In this document: piece after piece, positions 1 through 6,977 of the stretch
Numbering within the stretch: the stretch's first letter is position 1
Layout: the number at the start of each line of letters is the position of its first letter
Assembly: GCA_043808015.1 (NCBI GenBank)
Contig: JAZDFI010000015.1
Coordinates: 1-16,437, forward strand
Direction: 5' to 3'
DNA: 16,437 bases
Source: Candidatus Aenigmatarchaeota archaeon
Lineage (GTDB): Archaea > Aenigmatarchaeota > Aenigmatarchaeia > QMZP01 > QMZT01
Position numbers and translations under genes: made by a program
Notes under the pieces: model-generated
What the model was told of the DNA's origin: nothing
Database searches by the model: none
Seen by the model: the letters and a program-made list of their open reading frames with translations, nothing else

Positions 1-1155
1 TATCTCCTCTTTCGCGATGGTCATGTCAGGCGTGACGTGGGTGAAAATAGTCGGCGCGATGAAGAAACCCTTCGCGTGCTCGGCGTCGCCCAGCCTGTGG
101 CCGCCGTAAAGCAGCTTCGCTCCCTCTTTGCGCCCCTTGTCTATGTAGCCCATAATCTTGGTCATCTGGGCCGCGTTTATTATCGGGCCCATGACTACAC
201 CCTTCTTCAGCCCGTTGCCGACGCGCAGCTTTTTCACGCGCTTCAGCAGGCGCTCGGTGAACTCCCTGACGACGGGCTTCTCGACTATTATTCTCGAAGT
301 CGCGGTGCAGCGCTGGCCTGACGTCCCGAAAGCGCCCCAGAGAGCGCCGTCGACTGCCAGCTCGAGATCAGCGTCAGCCAGAACGATCTGCGGGTTTTTG
401 CCGCCCATTTCCAGCTCGACTGAATCGAGCTTCTTCGCTCCCTCGGTGTAAATGTGAGTTCCTGTTTCAGTCGAGCCCGTGAATGAGAGGTGGTCGACAC
501 CCTTGTGCTTGGTGATGGCGTCGCCGACGGATGCGCCCGACCCCGTGACCATGTTGAGTACGCCCGGTGGCACGCCTGCTTCTTCGAGAATCTTAACCAG
601 CTCTATGCCACACGCCGGCGCGTCGCTGGACGGCTTGAAGACGATGGTATTGCCGCATATAAGCGCGGCGGGAATCTTCCATGCGGGTATCGCAATCGGG
701 AAGTTCCACGGCGTTATTATGCCACAGACGCCTTTCGGCTCGCGTATGAACATGGCGAACTTGTGAGGCAGCTCGGACGTCGTCGTCTCGCCCAGAAGCC
801 TTCGCCCCTCGGCTGCGACGTATTTTGTTATGTCTATCGCTTCCTGCACTTCGCCTCTCGCTTCCTCGATGTTCTTGCCGTTCTCTTTAGTCAGCAGCGT
901 TGCTAGCGTCTCTTTGCGTTCCTCAAGGATTCGCGCGGCCTTGTATAATATCTCGCCCTTGTGCGGCGGCGGCAGGAACTTCCAGTCGGCGAAAGCGTCT
1001 TGCGCCGCGCGTATCGCAGCCTCGACGTCTCGTTCGCTGCCTGCCTGGCATTCGAAAATCGCTTCTCCGTTCGCCGGGTTTATTTTTTTGAACGTCTTGC
1101 CCGACGACGACTTGACCCATTTGCCGTTTATGTAATTAAGATAAGTCCTGAACAT
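1..1155 (-). CDS. NAD(P)-dependent aldehyde dehydrogenase, 3' end runs off the window
   Basis: Not in the ORF track; translated by hand from ATG 1155: [31 protein letters not shown]...[15 protein letters not shown]...FKPSS...SFTGSTETG...[10 protein letters not shown] (catalytic Glu)...GQRCTATSR (catalytic Cys)...AKEEI. The frame is open to position 1. GGGGTG SD-like sequence upstream. Confidence 0.95.
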   Translation of the reverse strand, partial: MFRTYLNYINGKWVKSSSGKTFKKINPANGEAIFECQAGSERDVEAAIRAAQDAFADWKFLPPPHKGEILYKAARILEERKETLATLLTKENGKNIEEARGEVQEAIDITKYVAAEGRRLLGETTTSELPHKFAMFIREPKGVCGIITPWNFPIAIPAWKIPAALICGNTIVFKPSSDAPACGIELVKILEEAGVPPGVLNMVTGSGASVGDAITKHKGVDHLSFTGSTETGTHIYTEGAKKLDSVELEMGGKNPQIVLADADLELAVDGALWGAFGTSGQRCTATSRIIVEKPVVREFTERLLKRVKKLRVGNGLKKGVVMGPIINAAQMTKIMGYIDKGRKEGAKLLYGGHRLGDAEHAKGFFIAPTIFTHVTPDMTIAKEEI

Positions 1156-1212
1156 ACACCCACACCCCACGCATCTCGATAGGAATAGTTGGGTTTGGTA
1201 AAATAAAAAGTT

Positions 1213-1251
1213 AGAAAAAGAGATAAAAGGAAAATGCCGGAGAAATCCGGC
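1213..1251 (-). terminator. Putative terminator after ftsZ
   Basis: Perfect hairpin at 1236-1251 (minus strand GCCGGA-TTTC-TCCGGC) followed by U-rich tracts, just past the ftsZ stop. Confidence 0.55.
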
Positions 1252-1262
1252 CTGGATGCGGC

Positions 1263-2297
1263 TCAGTACATCTGGATGCCGAGATCCTTACTGAACAGCT
1301 TGTCGACTTTCTTCGTCTCCTCGGTCTTGCTGCCCAGGATGTATGGCGAGCTGACGCCTGTTATTATCGTTATGACCTGAAGCTTGCCCTTGAATTCCGG
1401 CAGGACACGCGCGCCCCACATGACCGTCGCGTCTGGATTCATCTTCTTCGACACGGTTTCGCCGATAAGGCTTACCTCTTCGAGCGTGAGATCGTCGCCG
1501 CCGATTATCTGTATCAGCGCGCCTGTCGCACCGTCGTAGTCGACGTCGAGCAGCGGGTGGTTCAGGGCGTTGTCTATCGCTTCCTTCGCCCTGTGCTTCG
1601 TGTCCGAGATTCCGACTCCGATCGTCGCCACGCCTCCGGAATGCATTATCGCCTTGACGTCCGCATAGTCGAGGTTCACCAGCGACGGCTGCGAAATCGT
1701 TTCCGTCACGCCTTTGATCATCGTGGCTATGAGGTTGTCCGCGACCGCGAACGCCTCGCTAAGCGGCTTCTGGCCGGCGAGCTCGAGAAGCTTCTGGTTC
1801 TCTATAACAATGACAGTGTCGCACGCGTCGCGCAGCTTCATGAGGCCGTCCTCCGCCTTTCGTATGCGCGCGCCTTCCATTTTGAAAGGCAGCGTGACGG
1901 GAGCGATTACGATGGAACCGAGCTCCTTCGCCATCTTTGCTATGGCAGGTGCGCTTCCTGTTCCGGTTCCGCCACCGAGGCCGCAGGACACGAAAAGCAG
2001 GTCGCAACCCTTGAGGACGTCTTTTATGGCGTCCTTCGATTCCTCAGCAGCCTTTCTGCCAACATCCGGGAATCCGCCGGCGCCCATGCCCCTGGTAAGC
2101 TCCTTGCCGATAAGAATCTTCTTGTGAGCCTTCGTGACCGCGAGATGCTTCGCGTCCGTGTTGACCGCGACCGTGGTCGCGCCCTTTATGTCCATCTCGG
2201 TAAGCCTTGTTATGGTGTTGCTTCCCCCGCCGCCGCAACCGAAAACCATTATCTTTGCCTGATAGGCATCAAAAACTTCACTTGCATCCGGACACAT
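1263..2297 (-). CDS. ftsZ: Cell division GTPase FtsZ, archaeal FtsZ2-like
   Basis: GCGGGGSN, AVNTD, tubulin signature GGGTGTG, T7 loop PSLVNLDYADV. The PSL..LDYAD pattern is typical of FtsZ2 rather than FtsZ1 (PGL..LDFAD). ATG 2297 is preferred over GTG 2303 from the GGGGGTG SD spacing. Confidence 0.97.
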   Translation of the reverse strand: MCPDASEVFDAYQAKIMVFGCGGGGSNTITRLTEMDIKGATTVAVNTDAKHLAVTKAHKKILIGKELTRGMGAGGFPDVGRKAAEESKDAIKDVLKGCDLLFVSCGLGGGTGTGSAPAIAKMAKELGSIVIAPVTLPFKMEGARIRKAEDGLMKLRDACDTVIVIENQKLLELAGQKPLSEAFAVADNLIATMIKGVTETISQPSLVNLDYADVKAIMHSGGVATIGVGISDTKHRAKEAIDNALNHPLLDVDYDGATGALIQIIGGDDLTLEEVSLIGETVSKKMNPDATVMWGARVLPEFKGKLQVITIITGVSSPYILGSKTEETKKVDKLFSKDLGIQMY

Positions 2298-2412
2298 ACA
2301 CACACCCCCGACAAACGCAAAACACGCTCATTGAGCGCATTTTGATGAACCTGATATATTATATTTAACTATTTGTATATCTACATATTTAAAAATTTAA
2401 GCGGACCAGGCA

Positions 2413-2426
2413 GAAAACTTTAAAAA
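2413..2426 (+). promoter_or_regulatory. BRE/TATA promoter for the RHH gene, leaderless spacing
   Basis: GAAAAC followed by TTTAAAAA; the TATA box starts 29 nt before ATG 2448. Confidence 0.5.
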
Positions 2427-2447
2427 GCATGAAAGTATTTATTTACC

Positions 2448-2666
2448 ATGTCTTCAGAGGAACTAAGACAGGAAAAAGTGGAAAAAGCAGAGACCATAAC
2501 GACTACCATAGAGGTTGACAAAGACCTGTTTCTGAAATTCAAGGCGTTCTGCGTTCTCAACGAGACCACTATATCCGGCGAGATAGAGAAACTGCTCAGG
2601 AAGCGAGTCGAACAGATGGCCAACAGGAGCGAGTCGACCATCGTCACGAAGGAATCCAAAGAGTAA
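2448..2666 (+). CDS. Small ribbon-helix-helix (CopG/Arc/ParG-like) DNA-binding protein
   Basis: Beta-ribbon TTTIEVD, helix KDLFLKFKAFCVLN, turn, helix TISGEIEKLLRKRV; 72 aa; has its own TATA box. Confidence 0.75.
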   Translation: MSSEELRQEKVEKAETITTTIEVDKDLFLKFKAFCVLNETTISGEIEKLLRKRVEQMANRSESTIVTKESKE

Positions 2667-3444
2667 TCTGATTCAGCAAGCATTTACTTTTCTTTTATTT
2701 GCAGGTATCCAAATATGAAATAGAGAGAATGAGACTTAATTGTTACCAATTAAAAAGCATTGAAAACTTGACCAAAGATGGCAAATCCTTGCAACATATA
2801 TCAAATATCACAGGCATAAAAAAGACGACTATTTACTACCACACACGAAAACTCAAAGGAAAAAGCATACAGATGCCTCTCATAAGATTCAATTCAGATG
2901 AAAAATTGGGAGAAGCCGTCGGTATATTCACAGGCGACGGCAGTTTATATTTTGAGCCAGGAAGATATCACTATCAGGTTAGAGTGCATTTTGGTATAAA
3001 AAACGTGAACTATTTGAATCATGTTAAAGCTTTATTCGATGCGTCATTTGGTAAAAAATTTCTTATAAAAATGGACGGCCCTAGAAAATTTGTTTTACAG
3101 ATATATTCAAAAGAAATATTTGCTTTTTTCCATGACTTTCTCGATTTCAAAAACCAAGATAAATCAAAAAGTGTGAGTCTGAAAGAGAAATTTTTGAAAA
3201 ACGAGGTCTTTGCCAAAGGTTTTCTAAGAGGTTTGATCGACACGGATGGTACAATATCGAAAACCGAGAACGGCATAAGAATAGCTTTTTACACATCATC
3301 TTACAAACTAGCTCAACAGATATCGTTTTTATTGAACATGTTTGAAATAAAACATGGTATAACATCATCAAGAGAAGGTCAATATAATGTTTATATATTG
3401 AAAAAGGATAACAATAGAATCGTCAAACTACTAAAACCATTTAA
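2667..3444 (+). mobile_element. AT-rich insertion carrying the homing endonuclease-like gene
   Basis: Two sampled 60-nt lines give 28% and 33% GC, against 63% in a sampled ftsZ line. The AT-rich tract ends at the tRNA 5' end. No terminal repeats were seen. Confidence 0.55.
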
Positions 3445-3454
3445 GGGCCGGTAG
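2729..3454 (+). CDS. Free-standing double-motif LAGLIDADG endonuclease-like protein with N-terminal HTH
   Basis: Motifs LGEAVGIFTGDGSL and FLRGLIDTDGTI, both keeping the acidic catalytic residue. HTH-like GKSLQHISNITGIKKTTIYYH. ATG 2729 chosen; the ORF track starts at TTG 2699. The stop TAG at 3452-3454 lies inside the tRNA. Confidence 0.85.
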   Translation: MRLNCYQLKSIENLTKDGKSLQHISNITGIKKTTIYYHTRKLKGKSIQMPLIRFNSDEKLGEAVGIFTGDGSLYFEPGRYHYQVRVHFGIKNVNYLNHVKALFDASFGKKFLIKMDGPRKFVLQIYSKEIFAFFHDFLDFKNQDKSKSVSLKEKFLKNEVFAKGFLRGLIDTDGTISKTENGIRIAFYTSSYKLAQQISFLLNMFEIKHGITSSREGQYNVYILKKDNNRIVKLLKPFKGR

Positions 3455-3554
3455 ATCAGCGGTAGATCGCCACCTTGGCATGGTGGAGAAACCTTGTTTC
3501 TGCAGAAAAGAAACATGGTTCCATAAGCCTCGGGTTCAAATCCCGACCGGTCCA
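3445..3554 (+). tRNA. tRNA-Ala(GGC) with a 38-nt intron
   Basis: Acceptor stem GGGCCGG/CCGGTCC with the Ala identity pair G3:U70 and A73; D-arm GATC-AGCGGTA-GATC; anticodon arm CCACC-TTGGCAT-GGTGG; T-arm TCGGG-TTCAAAT-CCCGA. CCA is not encoded. Confidence 0.95.
3489..3526 (+). other. Archaeal tRNA intron at non-canonical position 45/46 (BHB motif)
   Basis: Central helix GTGG(3483-86)/CCAT(3521-24), 3-nt bulges AGA and AAG, intron helix AACC/GGTT plus TGTTTCT/AGAAACA. Cutting after the second bulge nucleotide on each side restores the normal variable loop AGGCC. Confidence 0.88.
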
Positions 3555-3565
3555 TTGCTTCTTCT

Positions 3566-4495
3566 CTATCCGCCATTGAATAATTTTGTGCTCAGGTATT
3601 TCTCCCCCCTGTCCGGAAATATCACCACTATCGTGCCTCCGCTTATTTTCTTCGCGACTTCGACCGTCGCGTACATCGCGGCCCCGCTGCTCATGCCCAC
3701 GAATATGCCTTCTTCTTTCACGATTCGCCGGGCCCATTCGAAGGCGACTTCGCTGTCGACCGTTATGTTCTCGTCGATTTCGAACGGCCTGTATATCGAC
3801 GGCACCATCGCTTCCTCCATGTTTTTCAGTCCCTGTATGTAATGTCCTTTGTGCGGATAGGCGCAGATTATTTTTATTTTTTTATTCTTCTCTTTCAGGC
3901 CCATGCCTACGCCCATTATCGTTCCCGACGTGCCGATGGCCGAAACCATGTAATCAATTTTGCCGCCGGTGTCGCGCCATATCTCCTCGGCAGTCGTCTT
4001 GTAATGAGCGATCTTGTTATACTCGTTCGAGAACTGGTCGGGCATGAAATATTTTTCAGGGTTCGCGCTCACGAGCTCCCTCGCTTTCCGTATGGCGCCG
4101 TCCGTGCCTTGGCTGGCCTCCGTCAAAGTTATTTTTGCGCCGAACGCCTGTATCATTTTCTGGCGTTCTATCGAGACCGCTGCGCTCATCACTATCTCGA
4201 CTTCGTATCCCTTGACCGCGCCTATCATCGCCAGGCCGATGCCCGTATTGCCTGACGTGGGCTCTATTATCGTTTTTCCGGGAACCAGCACGCCTTCGCT
4301 CTCCGCCTGCTCTATCATTTTCAAGGCGATGCGGTCCTTTATGCTGCCCGTGGGGTTGGTGCCCTCGAATTTCGCGTAAATGGTCACGTTCCTGTTCGGA
4401 TTCAGCCTGTTTATTTTCACAAGCGGCGTGTTGCCTATCGTATCCAGTATATTGTCGTAAGTCCTTTTCGCTCCGTCTTCAGCAGAGTCGTTCAC
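3566..4495 (-). CDS. cysK: PLP-dependent cysteine synthase (O-acetylserine sulfhydrylase, CysK/CysM family)
   Basis: IGNTPLV, NPTGSIKDR (PLP lysine), EPTSGNTGIG, DQFSN, GTSGT, IQGL, GMSSGAA, FPDRGEKYLST. The start is uncertain: GTG 4495 lacks a well-spaced SD. CysK versus CysM cannot be resolved here. Confidence 0.92.
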   Translation of the reverse strand: MNDSAEDGAKRTYDNILDTIGNTPLVKINRLNPNRNVTIYAKFEGTNPTGSIKDRIALKMIEQAESEGVLVPGKTIIEPTSGNTGIGLAMIGAVKGYEVEIVMSAAVSIERQKMIQAFGAKITLTEASQGTDGAIRKARELVSANPEKYFMPDQFSNEYNKIAHYKTTAEEIWRDTGGKIDYMVSAIGTSGTIMGVGMGLKEKNKKIKIICAYPHKGHYIQGLKNMEEAMVPSIYRPFEIDENITVDSEVAFEWARRIVKEEGIFVGMSSGAAMYATVEVAKKISGGTIVVIFPDRGEKYLSTKLFNGG

Positions 4496-4505
4496 CCTTT
4501 TTCAT
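4479..4505 (-). CDS. Out-of-frame micro-ORF MKKGERLC overlapping the cysK start
   Basis: AGGAGGT (4518-4512) sits 6 nt before ATG 4505. The ORF reads ATG AAA AAG GGT GAA CGA CTC TGC TGA, and cysK is in the +1 frame relative to it. Confidence 0.45.
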   Translation of the reverse strand: MKKGERLC

Positions 4506-4583
4506 GTTATGACCTCCTAAAATTTTTTAAATTTCCAAAAAAACCGGTGTAAAAAATCGGTGTAAAAGCCAGTGTTCAATTTA

Positions 4584-4655
4584 CTAACGACAACAGCAAG
4601 AACTAAAATTTCTGGCCAGCGTTCTCTTCTCGGTAATGCCATTCGCCGTCGTCAT
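4584..4655 (-). CDS. Putative Cys-rich leader peptide MTTANGITEKRTLARNFSSCCCR (proximal)
   Basis: Three consecutive Cys codons TGC TGT TGT, then CGT and a double stop TAG TAA. TTTTAAAG lies at -27..-20. There is an alternative in-frame ATG at 4661. It sits directly upstream of cysteine synthase. Confidence 0.7.
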   Translation of the reverse strand: MTTANGITEKRTLARNFSSCCCR

Positions 4656-4703
4656 GAGCATACTTGGAAACAAGCTTTAAAAGTGAAACTGCCTCTAGAA
4701 ACT

Positions 4704-4736
4704 AAAAAAACTAAGAATAAAACCTGTGTCCAGGTT
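4704..4736 (-). terminator. Hairpin plus U-tract after the distal leader ORF
   Basis: Minus strand AACCTG-GACA-CAGGTT followed by TTATTCTTAG and T7. Confidence 0.5.
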
Positions 4737-4747
4737 GCGCTAGGAAC

Positions 4748-4801
4748 TTAACAGCATGAGCAACCGGATTCTTTCTTCTTTGCGCTTTTCTTTTTGACCA
4801 T
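4748..4801 (-). CDS. Putative Cys-rich leader peptide MVKKKSAKKKESGCSCC (distal)
   Basis: Ends TGC TCA TGC TGT TAA. TATTTAA lies at -29..-23 from the ATG, matching the leaderless spacing seen for other genes in this window. Confidence 0.65.
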   Translation of the reverse strand: MVKKKSAKKKESGCSCC

Positions 4802-4837
4802 GAAAATTTATTCAGTTTCCGCCTTAAATACCACGCG

Positions 4838-4852
4838 GTTCGGAAAGGGAAC
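4838..4852. repeat. Palindromic motif GTTCGGAAAGGGAAC, copy 1
   Basis: 14/15 identical to 7806-7820; 7 nt upstream of the distal leader TATA box. Confidence 0.5.
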
Positions 4853-4853
4853 T

Positions 4854-6974
4854 TCACTGCACGGCCTTGTTAAAAAGTGAAAATAGAGGCGCTATCATTT
4901 CATTTAGCATCGCCAGGAACTGCTCGAAGAAGTTCTTCTCGCGGAACTCGATGGTCGCCGGCGTGACGTATCGGTTGCCCGCGACGTCGTAGCATACGAG
5001 TTCCATTGGATATGTGCCAGGCGCGAGCGCGAATTCGACCTGCGCCTTTCCAAACGCCTCTGCCAGCGTCTGCGTCTGCCCGGCTATCGCTATTGAAATG
5101 TTTTTGGCTTTCGAGTTGCGCACGTCGAGCTTCATAATCGCCTTGCCTTCGGCGTAGTCGGTATCATAGACGATGACCGGCTCATCGTAAACCTCGATGA
5201 CATGCGCCTCCGATATGTTCATACCAGCGACCGAAGCTTCGAATGTGACGGTCTTGGCTCCCTTTACAGTGAAGAACACCGGCAGCGATACGAAATATTT
5301 CGTCTTCAGCTGGAAGTTCGCGAAATTGTCGGCGCCATTGACGTTTATGTTCATGTGCACACTTTCCTCGCTTGAGCCGTGGTTAACAACGAATGCGGAA
5401 ACGTTTTTCTTCTCGCCGACTTTAAGGTACGCTGGCACGGCCACGTCGTCGAGCGTGACCTGCATCTGGCTTGTGACAGTGTATTTGAGCGACACGAGCT
5501 CGCCTTCCGAAAGGTAAACCACCACCTCGTTCTCGCCCAGTTCTTTCGGCTTGAACGTGAAGAAAGTCTGGAAATCGCCGTCGATGCTCCATTCCTCTTT
5601 CGCGTCGCCAGCTATAACGCCGACTTTCGCGGCTTTCGCCAGGTCCTTGACCGTGATGTAGACTCTCTGCTCGCCGCCCAGCTCGACCATGCTGGAAGCG
5701 ACATGCGCAGAAAGGCTGCGCGTCCCGCGCGGCGAGTATTGAGTGTTCACGAAAGCGTCCGTTGTGCGCAGCGCTAGCGAACGCGAGTTGAGAGTCAGCG
5801 GACATGTGAACAGCAAATTTCTGGGCAGGTCTTCGCTGATTTTAATTTTCCAGTAGACCTGCTCCCTGACGCCGGGCCTGAGGATGACGTTCTGCTGCTT
5901 GTCTATGACGTCGACGACGCCGTATTCGCCAGCGCACGGCTCCAGCACGATGCTGCCGACTATGAATTCCGTAGGCACGAGCGCGAGCGAAACGACGCCC
6001 TCGTCGCCGCGCCTGAAGTTCTGGCCGGATATTGTGAGGTTGTATTCATCCTCTTTTACGACGGGAGAATAAGTTATGGTGGATAAGACCACGTCGTCAG
6101 CGGCCCAGTTTATGCTGTTGACGCCGTAACCAGTGACTTCGACGTTGTTCTTGACCACGCTGTCGAGATGGCTGCCGAACTTTATGTGCGTCGCGTCCAT
6201 GTATCCGATTTCCAGCCACAGCGCATCGACGGGCACCCATTTGCCGAGATACACTTCCGAATACGCGTGGCGCTCCCATCCGCGGTCACCGTATGAATAG
6301 CCTGAAACGAATTTCGCGGGTATGCCCATTGAGCGGGCAAGGGCGATGAACAGCGTCGTGTACTCAGAGCATACGCCGCGTCGGCCGGCGAGAACGGAAA
6401 GCGCGTCGAGATTCCTGCCAGAATATGATAAATCGTAGTCGAGATGGTCGTGCACCCACATGGCCAGCTTCGCGACGCGCTCGAAATCGTCCTTCGAATC
6501 CTTAGTGATTTCAAGGGCGAGACTCTTTATGCTCGCGTCGCCTGACTGGATGTTTTGCGTGGGCTGCATATAGGCCTTGACGTCGTTCGGTATCGAATAC
6601 GACGAAGGCAGCGAAGTGAGATGGTTCGCCCTCGACTTGACGACGCCTTCGATGCTGTAAGAGAATCTGTTACCCGGACTTGCCTGCTCTATAATCCCGA
6701 TGTCAGTTCCTAGTTCGTTCCTGACGCGATTGACGTCCATGACGACGTCCTGTCTCTCGTCGTCCTGCGGGATGTTCATGCTGATGGTTACCTTGGTCGG
6801 CTGGCCGTCGGTTATGATGGTGCCGGACTGTGTGATATTGACTATCAATTCGTTGACGCTGGCCGGGTTCTTGAGGACGTTGTCCTCTATGCCGGCCGCC
6901 ATGGCGCTCTGGAAAAGCGAAACTGAAAGAATCGCAACCAGCGCAAAAAAAGCAAGGGGCTTGAGGCCTTTCAT
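4854..6974 (-). CDS. Secreted transglutaminase-like (Cys-His-Asp) protein with beta-rich C-terminal domains
   Basis: Signal peptide ending AMA; GVCSEYT (Cys), HAYSEVY (His) and WVPVD (Asp) in the transglutaminase-core pattern; 706 aa. Confidence 0.85.
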   Translation of the reverse strand: MKGLKPLAFFALVAILSVSLFQSAMAAGIEDNVLKNPASVNELIVNITQSGTIITDGQPTKVTISMNIPQDDERQDVVMDVNRVRNELGTDIGIIEQASPGNRFSYSIEGVVKSRANHLTSLPSSYSIPNDVKAYMQPTQNIQSGDASIKSLALEITKDSKDDFERVAKLAMWVHDHLDYDLSYSGRNLDALSVLAGRRGVCSEYTTLFIALARSMGIPAKFVSGYSYGDRGWERHAYSEVYLGKWVPVDALWLEIGYMDATHIKFGSHLDSVVKNNVEVTGYGVNSINWAADDVVLSTITYSPVVKEDEYNLTISGQNFRRGDEGVVSLALVPTEFIVGSIVLEPCAGEYGVVDVIDKQQNVILRPGVREQVYWKIKISEDLPRNLLFTCPLTLNSRSLALRTTDAFVNTQYSPRGTRSLSAHVASSMVELGGEQRVYITVKDLAKAAKVGVIAGDAKEEWSIDGDFQTFFTFKPKELGENEVVVYLSEGELVSLKYTVTSQMQVTLDDVAVPAYLKVGEKKNVSAFVVNHGSSEESVHMNINVNGADNFANFQLKTKYFVSLPVFFTVKGAKTVTFEASVAGMNISEAHVIEVYDEPVIVYDTDYAEGKAIMKLDVRNSKAKNISIAIAGQTQTLAEAFGKAQVEFALAPGTYPMELVCYDVAGNRYVTPATIEFREKNFFEQFLAMLNEMIAPLFSLFNKAVQ

Positions 6975-6977
6975 CGC

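Noticed and set aside
37-1182. Several plus-strand ORFs of 60-140 aa
   Set aside because: Antisense shadows of the aldehyde dehydrogenase, which the ORF track missed because it has no stop in the window.
1557-2345. 262-aa plus-strand ORF
   Set aside because: Antisense to ftsZ with no recognisable motifs; a codon-bias shadow.
2667-3444. Nuclease as part of a group I intron, intein or integrated element
   Set aside because: No interrupted host gene, no intein splicing motifs, no integrase and no duplicated tRNA fragment (att site) were found.
3391-3737. ORFs 3391-3576 and 3456-3737 on the minus strand
   Set aside because: They overlap the tRNA or cysK in other frames and have no protein features.
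4479-4481. Selenocysteine or read-through at the TGA of MKKGERLC
   Set aside because: Read-through stays out of frame with cysK and gives no recognisable protein.
4545-4579. Short direct repeats as a CRISPR remnant
   Set aside because: Units are only 10 bp with 2-3 nt gaps; there are no spacers and no cas genes.
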